Of a stretch of DNA of 64,000 bases, positions 8,316 through 16,707 are shown in pieces. How positions within the stretch are numbered: position 1 is the first letter of the stretch; every line of letters starts with the position of its first letter. The DNA comes from Syntrophobacter sp. SbD2 (GTDB taxonomy: Bacteria > Desulfobacterota > Binatia > UBA9968). Made by a program: the position numbers and the translations under genes. The notes under the pieces are model-generated. The model did not search any database. It was not told where the DNA came from and saw only the letters and a list, made by a program, of their open reading frames with translations. The DNA is taken from NCBI GenBank assembly GCA_945889495.1, contig CAMDBU010000004.1:5176-69175 (forward strand), written 5' to 3'.

Positions 8316-9605
8316 ATGAAATCGCAATCGAAAAAATTTTTCACCCGCGCCGAGAAAAAAATTCCCGGTGGCGTCAACAGTCCGGTGCGCGCGTGGAAGT
8401 CCGTCGGCGGTTCACCGTTGTTTATTTCTCGCGCCAAAGGCAGTCATGTTTTCGACGCCGACAATAAAGAATATATCGACTACGTCGGTTCCTGGGGGCC
8501 GATGATTCTCGGCCACGCGAATGCAAATATTCTACGCGAGATTCATCGAAGTGCTGCTAATGGGACCAGCTTCGGCGCGCCGACACTAGGGGAAGTGGAG
8601 TTGGCCGAATTAGTCAGCCAATGCGTACCGTCCATCGAGAAACTTCGGCTGGTAAGCTCCGGCACCGAAGCGACGATGAGCGCGATTCGTTTGGCGCGCG
8701 CCTTCACCCATCGCTCAAAGTTAATGAAGTTCGATGGCTGCTATCATGGTCACTCCGATGGTTTGCTGGTGAAAGCCGGATCCGGGGTCGCAACACTCAG
8801 TCTTCCCGATAGTGCCGGTGTTCCGGCGAGTGTTGCGCGTGAAACGTTGACAGCTAGATACAATGATTTACCATCAGTGCAAAAACTTTTCGATCGATAT
8901 GATAAACAAATTGCCGCGGTGATTGTCGAACCGGTGTGCGGCAACATGGGCGTGATCCCGCCAGATCAAAATTTTCTCGCCGGCCTGCGCAAGATCACCG
9001 CGCGCTCAGGTGCATTACTCATTTTCGATGAAGTGATTACCGGCTTTCGTCTCGCTTTGGGCGGCGCGCAAGAGCGTTATAAGGTTAAACCCGATCTAAC
9101 TTGCCTAGGAAAAATTCTCGGCGGCGGCCTGCCGCTGGCCGCTTTCGGCGGCAGGCGCCGGATCATGGATCTGCTGGCGCCACTGGGGCCGGTATACCAA
9201 GCTGGAACTTTGTCAGGAAATCCTTTGGCGGTGGCCGCCGGCGCGGCAATGGTTCGGCAGTTAGCCCGCCACGGCACCTATGAAGCGCTGGAAGCTAAAG
9301 GTCGGAGATTGGCCGATGGCTTGAATTCGGTCATCCGCAAACACGCCATGCGCGCCACCATCAACCGCGTCGGTTCCATCTTAACCTTGTTCTTCGGCGT
9401 CGATTCGGTGGCCAGTGTGGACGATGCGCGGCGCTGTGACCGCCAACAATTCGCCAATTTTTTCCACGCCATGCTCAAACGCGGTATCTATCTGCCGCCG
9501 GCGCCGTTCGAAGCTTGGTTCATTTCCCTGGCCCATTCAAATGCTGATTTGGACAGGACAATTTCCGCGTTTGACGACTGGGCCGGGCGCTCAGAGCGCG
9601 GTTGA
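8316..9605 (+). CDS. hemL: glutamate-1-semialdehyde 2,1-aminomutase
   Basis: Start chosen at MKSQSKKFFTRAEKKIPGGVNSPVRA (429 aa). The PLP-lysine context is CLGKILGGGLP. Confidence 0.95.
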   Translation: MKSQSKKFFTRAEKKIPGGVNSPVRAWKSVGGSPLFISRAKGSHVFDADNKEYIDYVGSWGPMILGHANANILREIHRSAANGTSFGAPTLGEVELAELVSQCVPSIEKLRLVSSGTEATMSAIRLARAFTHRSKLMKFDGCYHGHSDGLLVKAGSGVATLSLPDSAGVPASVARETLTARYNDLPSVQKLFDRYDKQIAAVIVEPVCGNMGVIPPDQNFLAGLRKITARSGALLIFDEVITGFRLALGGAQERYKVKPDLTCLGKILGGGLPLAAFGGRRRIMDLLAPLGPVYQAGTLSGNPLAVAAGAAMVRQLARHGTYEALEAKGRRLADGLNSVIRKHAMRATINRVGSILTLFFGVDSVASVDDARRCDRQQFANFFHAMLKRGIYLPPAPFEAWFISLAHSNADLDRTISAFDDWAGRSERG

Positions 9606-9639
9606 TCCAGCCCAACCTTCATGCTAAAAACCTAGCCCA

Positions 9640-9927
9640 GTGGAGAAAATTGGGGGCCGCCCCAATCGTCAGAATGATAGTCAATCTCCGATCTTGCGCA
9701 GCGCGGGATTGTACTTGGGAGTTGCGTTCGAACTCCCCGGCACTATTATCGGTGGCTTGGTAGTCGGCTATTTCCTCGACGAATACTTCCGTACCTCGCC
9801 CTGGTTATTGATCGCACTGACGCTGTTAGCTTTCGTCAGCGCCTTTGTCCGGCTGGTGCGGTGGGTGAAGTTTTTTACCCGTAAACGCGATGGAAGCAAC
9901 GGCGCGCAAGAGCATCCTGAGGATTGA
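9640..9927 (+). CDS. AtpZ/AtpI-family small membrane protein (putative F0F1-ATPase accessory subunit)
   Basis: 95 aa with a GTG start and two hydrophobic helices (LGVAFELPGTIIGGLVVGYFLD, WLLIALTLLAFVSAFV). It lies directly upstream of the atp genes. Confidence 0.6.
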   Translation: MEKIGGRPNRQNDSQSPILRSAGLYLGVAFELPGTIIGGLVVGYFLDEYFRTSPWLLIALTLLAFVSAFVRLVRWVKFFTRKRDGSNGAQEHPED

Positions 9928-10267
9928 GTGTTGGCATGGCGTGCTGTTGTTGGCGCTGTTTCTCGGCTTGGGGCGGAACACATTCATCGACGGCACGGCG
10001 CTCCTAGCCGGCGGCATCTTCATGGGGGTGAATTTTCTCCTGTTGAGCTTCGGCGTCGCCGCGCTGCTGACGCCGTTGGCGAGCAAGGGCAAGATTGGCT
10101 TGGGCGTCGGTTTGTTGGTTTTAAAGATCGTAATTTTTTTGGCGCTGTTGACGGCGGTATTTTTTCATTTTCAATTGGACGCGATTTCCTTCGCCCTGGG
10201 TTTTTCAACCTTGATCGTGGCGATTGTTATCGAAGCGGTGCGCAGATCGTTATCGGCGGAGAGCTAG
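9890..10267 (+). CDS. ATP synthase protein I-like membrane protein
   Basis: 125 aa and about 4 TM helices. It overlaps the preceding ORF by 38 nt and sits immediately upstream of atpB. Confidence 0.55.
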   Translation: MEATARKSILRIECWHGVLLLALFLGLGRNTFIDGTALLAGGIFMGVNFLLLSFGVAALLTPLASKGKIGLGVGLLVLKIVIFLALLTAVFFHFQLDAISFALGFSTLIVAIVIEAVRRSLSAES

Positions 10268-10276
10268 AGAGAAAAA

Positions 10277-11068
10277 ATGGAACATCCATATACTTGGTAT
10301 AACGCGATGCCGGAAGGCTTGCAGCATCTGTTCGGCGATCATACTTTCTTCGCCATCGTCGCCGCCCTGTTGTTGATTCTGTTCGCCATCAAAGCGCGCG
10401 GCGCGTTGGCGAAGGCCAGCGATCCAGTCGTGCCGGCGGCGGAGCTGGGTTCACGAAATATCGCCGAGCTGATCGTTCAACTGATCGTCAGCCAAAGCGA
10501 CGCCATCATCGGCAAAGTCGGCCGCAAGTATGTGCCGTTTTACGGTACCTTTTTCTTTTTTATTTTGATCAGCAATCTGATGGGTCTACTGCCAGGTTTC
10601 GCCCCGCCGACCGGTAATTTGAATACCACCATCGGTTTAGCCGTGATTTCGTTTATCGGTTACAACTTCATCGGCCTGCGCGAGCAAGGGGTTGGCTACT
10701 TGAAACATTTCGTCGGGCCGATGACCAGTTTGCCCGGCAGTAGCTTGATCTCCAAGCTGGCGTTTGTGCCGCTGCTGCTGATTTCCGTCGGTTTCTTTTT
10801 CTTGTTGGAACTGATTTCCCACGGCTTTCGTCCAGTTTCTTTGGCGCTGCGTCTCTATGGCAACATGATGGGCGACCATGAAGTGATCGGCGCCTTTATC
10901 AGTTTGACCAAATTGGTCGTGCCGGTGGTGTTCTATTTCATGGGAACGCTGGTTTGTTTGATCCAAGCTTTTGTCTTTACATTGTTGAGCATGATCTATG
11001 TCGCCTTGGCCGTCAGCCATGGCCATGACGAAGAGCATGGTCACGACGCCCAGCAAGCGCATCATTGA
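10277..11068 (+). CDS. atpB: F0F1 ATP synthase subunit a
   Basis: 263 aa polytopic protein with the essential-Arg motif LRLYGNMMGDH. Confidence 0.9.
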   Translation: MEHPYTWYNAMPEGLQHLFGDHTFFAIVAALLLILFAIKARGALAKASDPVVPAAELGSRNIAELIVQLIVSQSDAIIGKVGRKYVPFYGTFFFFILISNLMGLLPGFAPPTGNLNTTIGLAVISFIGYNFIGLREQGVGYLKHFVGPMTSLPGSSLISKLAFVPLLLISVGFFFLLELISHGFRPVSLALRLYGNMMGDHEVIGAFISLTKLVVPVVFYFMGTLVCLIQAFVFTLLSMIYVALAVSHGHDEEHGHDAQQAHH

Positions 11069-11154
11069 TAAAATTTAGAATAAAGCGACGGGCCGCGTGG
11101 TGAGGAAGAGGACAGATGGGTGGCAGGCCGAAAATCGCTAGAAAGGAGACTAGG

Positions 11155-11472
11155 ATGAAAAAGCTGTTTGCCTTTGTTGCAACTTTCATGATGGCCGTGA
11201 TGGCCAGTGGTGTTGCGATGGCCGCGGAAGGCGCTGCTGGTGAATCGAAATCGGTCGCCATCGCGTTATCCGCCGGCGTCGCCGTCGCCATCGCCGCTTT
11301 TGGCGCCGCCTTGGGCCAGGGCCGCGTGGGCGCCGCCGCAATGGAAAGCATCGGGCGCAATCCCAATGCCGCCGACAAGCTGTTCTTGCCGCTAGTTCTT
11401 ACGCTGGCGCTGCTCGAAGCTTTGGCGCTTTACGGTTTCGTCATCGCAATTCTCTTGCAAGGCAAGATCTAA
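11155..11472 (+). CDS. atpE: F0F1 ATP synthase subunit c, with an N-terminal signal-like extension
   Basis: Start chosen at MKKLFAFVATFMM. It has the GRNPNAADKLF loop and the ion-binding Glu in LALLEALALYGFVIAILL. Confidence 0.9.
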   Translation: MKKLFAFVATFMMAVMASGVAMAAEGAAGESKSVAIALSAGVAVAIAAFGAALGQGRVGAAAMESIGRNPNAADKLFLPLVLTLALLEALALYGFVIAILLQGKI

Positions 11473-11495
11473 CTGCGAATACGATTCTTCGAAAG

Positions 11496-11530
11496 AAAAA
11501 GGGTGGGGAGTTCGCTTCTCACCCTTTTTT
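11496..11530. terminator. bidirectional intrinsic terminator between atpE (+) and dCMP deaminase (-)
   Basis: AAAAAGGGTGGGGAGTTCGCTTCTCACCCTTTTTT is a GC-rich stem flanked by an A-tract and a T-tract. Confidence 0.7.
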
Positions 11531-11547
11531 ACTTGCGCGAAGTTCGT

Positions 11548-12006
11548 TCAAAGCGGCAGATCGACTTTGTGCAGCTGCACTTGAGTGTAGCGCAGCAGCT
11601 CGTCCAGGGTGTGCAGCTTATAGGGCTTCAGATAATAAATCTCTTTGATGCCGGTGTTGACCAGGACCTTCAGACAATGGATGCAGGGGGTGTGGGTGAT
11701 ATAGATCGCCGCGTCCTTGATCGTCGAACCGTTCTTGGCCGCCTGGGCGATGGCGTTCATCTCGGCGTGGATGGTCCGGAAGCAGTTTTGCTCGGTGTCG
11801 CCGTTGGGGGTTTTCGATTCGTAGATCAGGCAGCCGACATCGGTGCAGTGGGGCATGCCGGCGGGCGAGCCGTTGTAGCCGGTAGCGAGGATATTTTTCT
11901 CCCGGGCGATGACCGCGCCGACTTTGGCCCGGGTACAGGTCGAGCGCTCGGCCACCTGCAAGGTAATGGTCATGAAATACTGATCCCAGCTTAACCGTTC
12001 GCTCAT
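11548..12006 (-). CDS. deoxycytidylate (dCMP) deaminase, ComEB-like
   Basis: Start at MSERLSWDQYFM with a GAGGG SD. The zinc motifs are HAEMNAI and PCIHCLKVL. Confidence 0.9.
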   Translation of the reverse strand: MSERLSWDQYFMTITLQVAERSTCTRAKVGAVIAREKNILATGYNGSPAGMPHCTDVGCLIYESKTPNGDTEQNCFRTIHAEMNAIAQAAKNGSTIKDAAIYITHTPCIHCLKVLVNTGIKEIYYLKPYKLHTLDELLRYTQVQLHKVDLPL

Positions 12007-12022
12007 AAATCCCTCGGTTCTT

Positions 12023-12805
12023 TCACTGACTAACCTTAAGCGTAACCCGGTCGCCGATTTTCGCGCCGGTCTGTTTCCTGGCGTTACCGCCATTGACGGA
12101 TATTTCTAGCAACCCCCAACTGTTCCACAAGCAGGCGAACTCGCCGGCGCCGACGGCGCCGTAGGTGGTCACCAGGCCGTCCAGCGCTCTGCCAGCCAGT
12201 TCCACCGCCAGCCGTTCCGATGGCTGTCCTGTCAAATCACGCTGGCGCAGGTTTGTAAATAGGTTGCCGAAACCGTCGATGTAGATGATTTCGCCGGTTA
12301 TTTGGTTTTCACCGCTGACGACTTCCGGCATCGGTAGTTGCACGATGGTTTCCAACGGCGCGCCGAACTGGGTAGCCAGCACGCCGGCTGCAAGATGCGC
12401 CGCCACCGGAGCGAAAATGTCGCGGCCGTGAAAAGTATTACTGAGATTCTTTAACTGGTAGTCGCGGTTGGTCAGTTCGACGATGCGCTTGGATGGCTTT
12501 CCTGCCAAAGCCAAACTCAGCACGCCGTTATCGGGACCGATGAAATAGCTTCCACCCTGTTCAATCAGAATCGGCTTGCGCCCGCCGCCGACGCCAGGGT
12601 CGACGACGGCGACGTGAATCGTGCCGGCGGGAAAGTAGGGCACCGCCTGTTGCAGGATCAACGCTCCAGCCATGATGTCCTGGGCCGGCACACCGTGAGA
12701 AATATCGATCACCTGGGCCTGCGGGTTGATCGTCGCGATCACCCCTTTCATGATGCCGACGAAAGGATCTTGATAGCCAAAATCGGTAGTGAGGGTGATC
12801 ACCAT
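12023..12805 (-). CDS. SAM hydrolase / SAM-dependent halogenase family protein (DUF62, S-adenosyl-L-methionine hydroxide adenosyltransferase-like)
   Basis: 260 aa. The N-terminus MVITLTTDFGYQDPFVGIMKGVI is the hallmark of this family. Confidence 0.85.
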   Translation of the reverse strand: MVITLTTDFGYQDPFVGIMKGVIATINPQAQVIDISHGVPAQDIMAGALILQQAVPYFPAGTIHVAVVDPGVGGGRKPILIEQGGSYFIGPDNGVLSLALAGKPSKRIVELTNRDYQLKNLSNTFHGRDIFAPVAAHLAAGVLATQFGAPLETIVQLPMPEVVSGENQITGEIIYIDGFGNLFTNLRQRDLTGQPSERLAVELAGRALDGLVTTYGAVGAGEFACLWNSWGLLEISVNGGNARKQTGAKIGDRVTLKVSQ

Positions 12806-12829
12806 GATTTTGCGGCGGGCGTGTGCAGC

Positions 12830-13777
12830 TTAAAGCTCTTCCAGCACTGCGGCGAACAGCAGCGGCACCATGATCTCCATATGGCCGGTGAGGTTGTAGC
12901 CCTTGCCGCCATGCATGGTCGGCCGGTTGACGACATTGGTCAGCGGCCGGTAATGCTGCAAAAAATCGAGATTGACCGTGGTCAAGTTGCGAATCGGATG
13001 GCCCAGGTTGCGCGCCAGGCTGACCGCTTTCAAAAAAACTTCCGGCAACACCACGGCGGAACCGAAATTCAAATAAATACCGCGATCCAGGGTGGCGACG
13101 ACGGAAGTCAGCGTGCGGAAGTCGCGCAGGCTGCAATCGCCCAATGCTTTGCCGTCAGCTTTGGGGTGCATATGAATGATATCGGTGCCAATGGCGATAT
13201 GGGAAGTGACCGGGATGCCCAGGCGGGCGGCGGTGGCGAGGATGCTGAGCTTGCGATGGGCAAGACGATTTTTGTTGATCGCCAGGCCGACCGCGGCGCC
13301 GATGCCCAGGTTATTTTTCGACCCGTCAATAATCGCCTGGTTGATAAAGCTGCCGGTCTCCTCGCCCATGCCGAAGCTGCCGTCTTTGAGCGCGGCGGCG
13401 ACGTCTTCCGAGGTCTCGCCCATGTAGGCGAGCTCGAAGTCATGGATCACGCCGGCGCCGTTGAGCGCGATGGCGTTGATGATGCCGCGCTCCATGAAAT
13501 CGATAATCAGCGGGCTCAAGCCGACTTTGATCGGATGGGCGCCCATGCCGAGAATCACGGTGCGATTCTTCTGGTGACAATCGGCGATCTTGGCGGCGAT
13601 CTGCCTCAAGTTCTGCGCCGCGAGAATGTCCGGCAAGCCGCGCAGGAAGCTGCGCATGGTCGCGCCTTTGACTAGCTTCTTGCCGAGCAAGGAAGTTTGC
13701 ATCTTGCTGAAGCGCTTGGTCACCGGGTAGGTGCGGACCTTGGTGAAGTCGAGAGGTTTGAAACGCTTGGTTGCCAT
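12830..13777 (-). CDS. deoxyhypusine synthase (DHS)-like family protein
   Basis: Start chosen at MATKRFKP so it does not overlap the upstream gene. GMGAHPIKVGLSPLIIDFMERGIINAIALNGAGVIHDFE aligns by eye with the DHS core ...TSNLISSGIRE...LVTTAGGVEED. Confidence 0.55.
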   Translation of the reverse strand: MATKRFKPLDFTKVRTYPVTKRFSKMQTSLLGKKLVKGATMRSFLRGLPDILAAQNLRQIAAKIADCHQKNRTVILGMGAHPIKVGLSPLIIDFMERGIINAIALNGAGVIHDFELAYMGETSEDVAAALKDGSFGMGEETGSFINQAIIDGSKNNLGIGAAVGLAINKNRLAHRKLSILATAARLGIPVTSHIAIGTDIIHMHPKADGKALGDCSLRDFRTLTSVVATLDRGIYLNFGSAVVLPEVFLKAVSLARNLGHPIRNLTTVNLDFLQHYRPLTNVVNRPTMHGGKGYNLTGHMEIMVPLLFAAVLEEL

Positions 13778-13787
13778 CGTAATTGAT

Positions 13788-14366
13788 TTACTTCGTCGGG
13801 TAGAGGGTGGCATCGACCAGTTCGCAGATGACGTGACCGATGAGAATATGGGTCTCTTGAATGCGCGCGGTATCTTTCGTCGCGCCGACATTCAGTAGAA
13901 AATCGACATCCTTGGCCATCTCGCCGCCGCTACCGCCGGTGAAACCAATAGTGCGAATGTTGGACTGCTTGCACACGTCCAACGCCGCAATCACGTTGGC
14001 GGAATTGCCGCTGGTCGAAATCGCGATGGCGATGTCGCCGGGCTTGCCGAGGGCTTGTACCTGTTTAGCGAATATTTGGCTGTAATCGTAGTCGTTGGCG
14101 ATGCTCGTGAGCGCGGATGAGTCGGTGGTCAGCGCGATGGCGGCCAGCGGCGGCCGCTCGACGCGAAAGCGATTGACGAACTCCGCCGCGATATGTTGGG
14201 CGTCGGCGGCGCTGCCGCCGTTGCCGAAAAGCAAAAGCTTGTTGCCCGACTTGAAGGCGGCGACGACTGCATCGATCGCTTGCATGAGCACGTCGAGATT
14301 GTCGCGCAAAAAAGCCTGCTTGACGCGAATGCTTTCGGCGAAGGCGGCGGCGATGGCGTCCTTCAT
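13788..14366 (-). CDS. gmhA: SIS-domain sugar-phosphate isomerase (phosphoheptose isomerase GmhA-like)
   Basis: Start at MKDAIAAAFAES, in an ATGA overlap with the upstream stop. It has LLLFGNGGSAADAQHIAAEF and AISTSGNS. Confidence 0.8.
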   Translation of the reverse strand: MKDAIAAAFAESIRVKQAFLRDNLDVLMQAIDAVVAAFKSGNKLLLFGNGGSAADAQHIAAEFVNRFRVERPPLAAIALTTDSSALTSIANDYDYSQIFAKQVQALGKPGDIAIAISTSGNSANVIAALDVCKQSNIRTIGFTGGSGGEMAKDVDFLLNVGATKDTARIQETHILIGHVICELVDATLYPTK

Positions 14367-15478
14367 GATTTCTTCTCGTAGTGTTTGGCCATCTGGCTTT
14401 TCACGCCGCGTTGCGCCAACGCTTCTTCGAACCATTGGCGGACGATCGACTCCTCGTCGGCGTATTCGATCTGCGAGCCGCCTTTTTTGCGGTCCACTGA
14501 CGGCTGATAGCGCTTGCTGCTGGCGCCTTGATATTTTTTGCTGCCAAAGGCACGGAGCGCGAGATAGCGCGCCGGCCGGTCGCCGGCATTGAAATGTTGA
14601 TGCCACCAGTTCTCCGGCGGCACCACCATGCTGCCTTCGCGCCAGGGAAATTTTTCGGTGGCCGCGCCGTCGGGCCAGATTAAGGAATAACCTTCGCCGC
14701 CGAGGATGATCACATGGGCGCCGGCGCCATGGCGGTGGGCTTTCTTATACGTTCCCACGGGAAATTCTGAAATATGGCAGGCGGTGGTGTTCTCCGAGAG
14801 CTCGAACTTGATATTGCTGCCGCCGGCGCCGCGCACGTCGTAATCCATCAACTTAAAATTACGCGCGTCCGGCACAAAGTTGGTCTCCCAAACGTTGCCG
14901 TTGAATTTGAAACCTTTGTAGTCGCCGGCGAACAGCGTGCCGTCGCCGTTGAAATAACTTTGCCGCGCGTCGAAACGGTCGTTGAAGGCGAAGTCGTTGT
15001 TGAAGATAAAATCCAAATTATGCAGCAGGTTGATCATGGTCGGCGCCGTGGTGACGGCGAGATAACGCGCCGGCTCGCTGCCGCTGCCGTTGAACAGCTG
15101 GTGGCAGGTATTGAGCGGCGGCGAGAACAGCGAACCGGCTTGCCACTCGAAGGTCTGCTTGCGCGCGTCGTTATTCCACACCGTGGTGGCGCCGCGGCCG
15201 CTGATTATATAAATGGTCTCTTCGAACAGCTGGCGCTGGACTTTTAGACTTTTGCCCGGCGGGATCTCGCAGATGTAAGAATTATTAACCTGCCCCGCGC
15301 CTTCCATTTGCAGAAAGGCACCGTTGCCGCCCTTGCGCTCCCACCGGGCGAGCTCGACCTTGCGTATATCCTCGACGAAGAAAGTCTTGAGAACGGGAAT
15401 GCCTTCGCCCTCGACCCAACGGTCGTAGCTCGACTTGGCACCCTCGGGAATATCTTGAACAGGTTCTGGCTTAGCCAT
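14363..15478 (-). CDS. bicupin protein (gentisate 1,2-dioxygenase-like fold), function unknown
   Basis: 371 aa. The C-terminal cupin has AHRHGAGAHVIILGGEG ... WWHQHFN. The N-terminal barrel has QRQLFEETIYIISGRG, with the His ligands replaced. Confidence 0.6.
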   Translation of the reverse strand: MAKPEPVQDIPEGAKSSYDRWVEGEGIPVLKTFFVEDIRKVELARWERKGGNGAFLQMEGAGQVNNSYICEIPPGKSLKVQRQLFEETIYIISGRGATTVWNNDARKQTFEWQAGSLFSPPLNTCHQLFNGSGSEPARYLAVTTAPTMINLLHNLDFIFNNDFAFNDRFDARQSYFNGDGTLFAGDYKGFKFNGNVWETNFVPDARNFKLMDYDVRGAGGSNIKFELSENTTACHISEFPVGTYKKAHRHGAGAHVIILGGEGYSLIWPDGAATEKFPWREGSMVVPPENWWHQHFNAGDRPARYLALRAFGSKKYQGASSKRYQPSVDRKKGGSQIEYADEESIVRQWFEEALAQRGVKSQMAKHYEKKS

Positions 15479-15510
15479 GCAAACTTTTCATCACAACCGG
15501 CAATTCTCTA

Positions 15511-16707
15511 TCATATTCGGTAGAACCGCGCGACGGCGCCGACCACGGTTTCCTGCTGCGGAGCGGTTAATTCCGGATAGAGCGGCAGGGCCAGCACTTG
15601 GGTCGCGGCGAGTTCCGCTTGGGGAAAATCGCCGTGCTGGTAACCGAGCTCAGCGAAACATTGCTGCAAGTGGAGCGGCAAAGGATAGTAAATCTCGCTC
15701 TGAATGCCGGCAGCGGCGAGGAATTGCTTGAGCTCATCGCGGCGTTCGGCGCGGATGCAATAGTTGTTGAACACATGGGACGTGTTGGTGGGCGCCGTTG
15801 GAATCGCCAGCACTTGCTTGCCGACCAGGCCGCTGGCGCTGAATAGCTTCTGATAATTCCGCGCGCAGGCGATGCGCCGGTCGCACCAAGAATTTAAATA
15901 CTTCAACTTCACCGACAGCACCGCGGCTTGCAGCGAGTCGAGGCGCGAGTTGAGGCCGGTCACCTGATGGTGATACTTGGTGCTCTCGCCATGCATGCGC
16001 AGCATGCGCAGCCGGGCGGCCAATTCTTCCGTCCTGGCGCTGACCAAACCGCCGTCGCCAAAACCGCCCAGGTTTTTACTCGGGAAAAAAGAGAAGCAGC
16101 CGAGCTCGCCGATGGCGCCGGCGAAGATTTCCTGGCCGCCAAGGTTCTGCCGCGCGCCGCAGGCCTGGGCGACGTCTTCGACGATCTCTAAGCCATATTC
16201 CCGCGCCGTCTCGACCAGGGAAGTCATGTCGCAGAGCTCGCCGAACAGGTGCACCGGTAAGAGCGCTTTGATGCGTCCGCCGGTTTTCTCATCTATAGTT
16301 GCGCCGTTTTCAATTCTCGCCCGACGGCTAAGAAATTCTTTCAGCTTAGCCGCCGAGAGCAAATAGCCATCGTCATCGATGTCGACGAACAGTGGCGTGG
16401 CGCCGAGGCGAGTAATGGAAGACACCGTCGAGAAAAATGTAAACGGCGTGGTGATCACCGCGTCGCCCGGTCCGACCCCCAGCGCCATGAGCGCCAATAA
16501 CAACGCGTCACTGCCCGAGGCAACCCCGACGGCGTGATTGGCGCCGAGAAACCCCGCCATCTCGGTTTCGAATTGGCACACCGCTGGGCCGAGGATGAAT
16601 TGCTGGCTGTCGGCCACCGCGTCGATGGCGCGGCCGATCTCTTCGCGCAGATTGGCGTATTGCGCGCGCAGGTCGACGATGGGAATTTTCGCACCGGGAT
16701 CAGACAC
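15511..16707 (-). CDS. DegT/DnrJ/EryC1/StrS family PLP-dependent (sugar) aminotransferase
   Basis: 398 aa with a GTG start. It begins IPIVDLRAQY... and contains ...FFPSKNLGGFGDGG (PLP-Lys context). Confidence 0.9.
   Translation of the reverse strand: MSDPGAKIPIVDLRAQYANLREEIGRAIDAVADSQQFILGPAVCQFETEMAGFLGANHAVGVASGSDALLLALMALGVGPGDAVITTPFTFFSTVSSITRLGATPLFVDIDDDGYLLSAAKLKEFLSRRARIENGATIDEKTGGRIKALLPVHLFGELCDMTSLVETAREYGLEIVEDVAQACGARQNLGGQEIFAGAIGELGCFSFFPSKNLGGFGDGGLVSARTEELAARLRMLRMHGESTKYHHQVTGLNSRLDSLQAAVLSVKLKYLNSWCDRRIACARNYQKLFSASGLVGKQVLAIPTAPTNTSHVFNNYCIRAERRDELKQFLAAAGIQSEIYYPLPLHLQQCFAELGYQHGDFPQAELAATQVLALPLYPELTAPQQETVVGAVARFYRI

Noticed and set aside
12614-13675. Long ORFs antisense to called genes. 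Examples: 12614-13675(+), 12561-13136(-), 23542-24363(+), 7080-7709(+), 47527-48225(+), 53608-54263(+), 57507-58268(-), 273-1052(-).
   Set aside because: These are typical GC-rich shadow ORFs. Their products are low-complexity and Arg/Ala/Gly/Pro-rich with no motifs. Each lies opposite or out of frame to a gene with clear family signatures.
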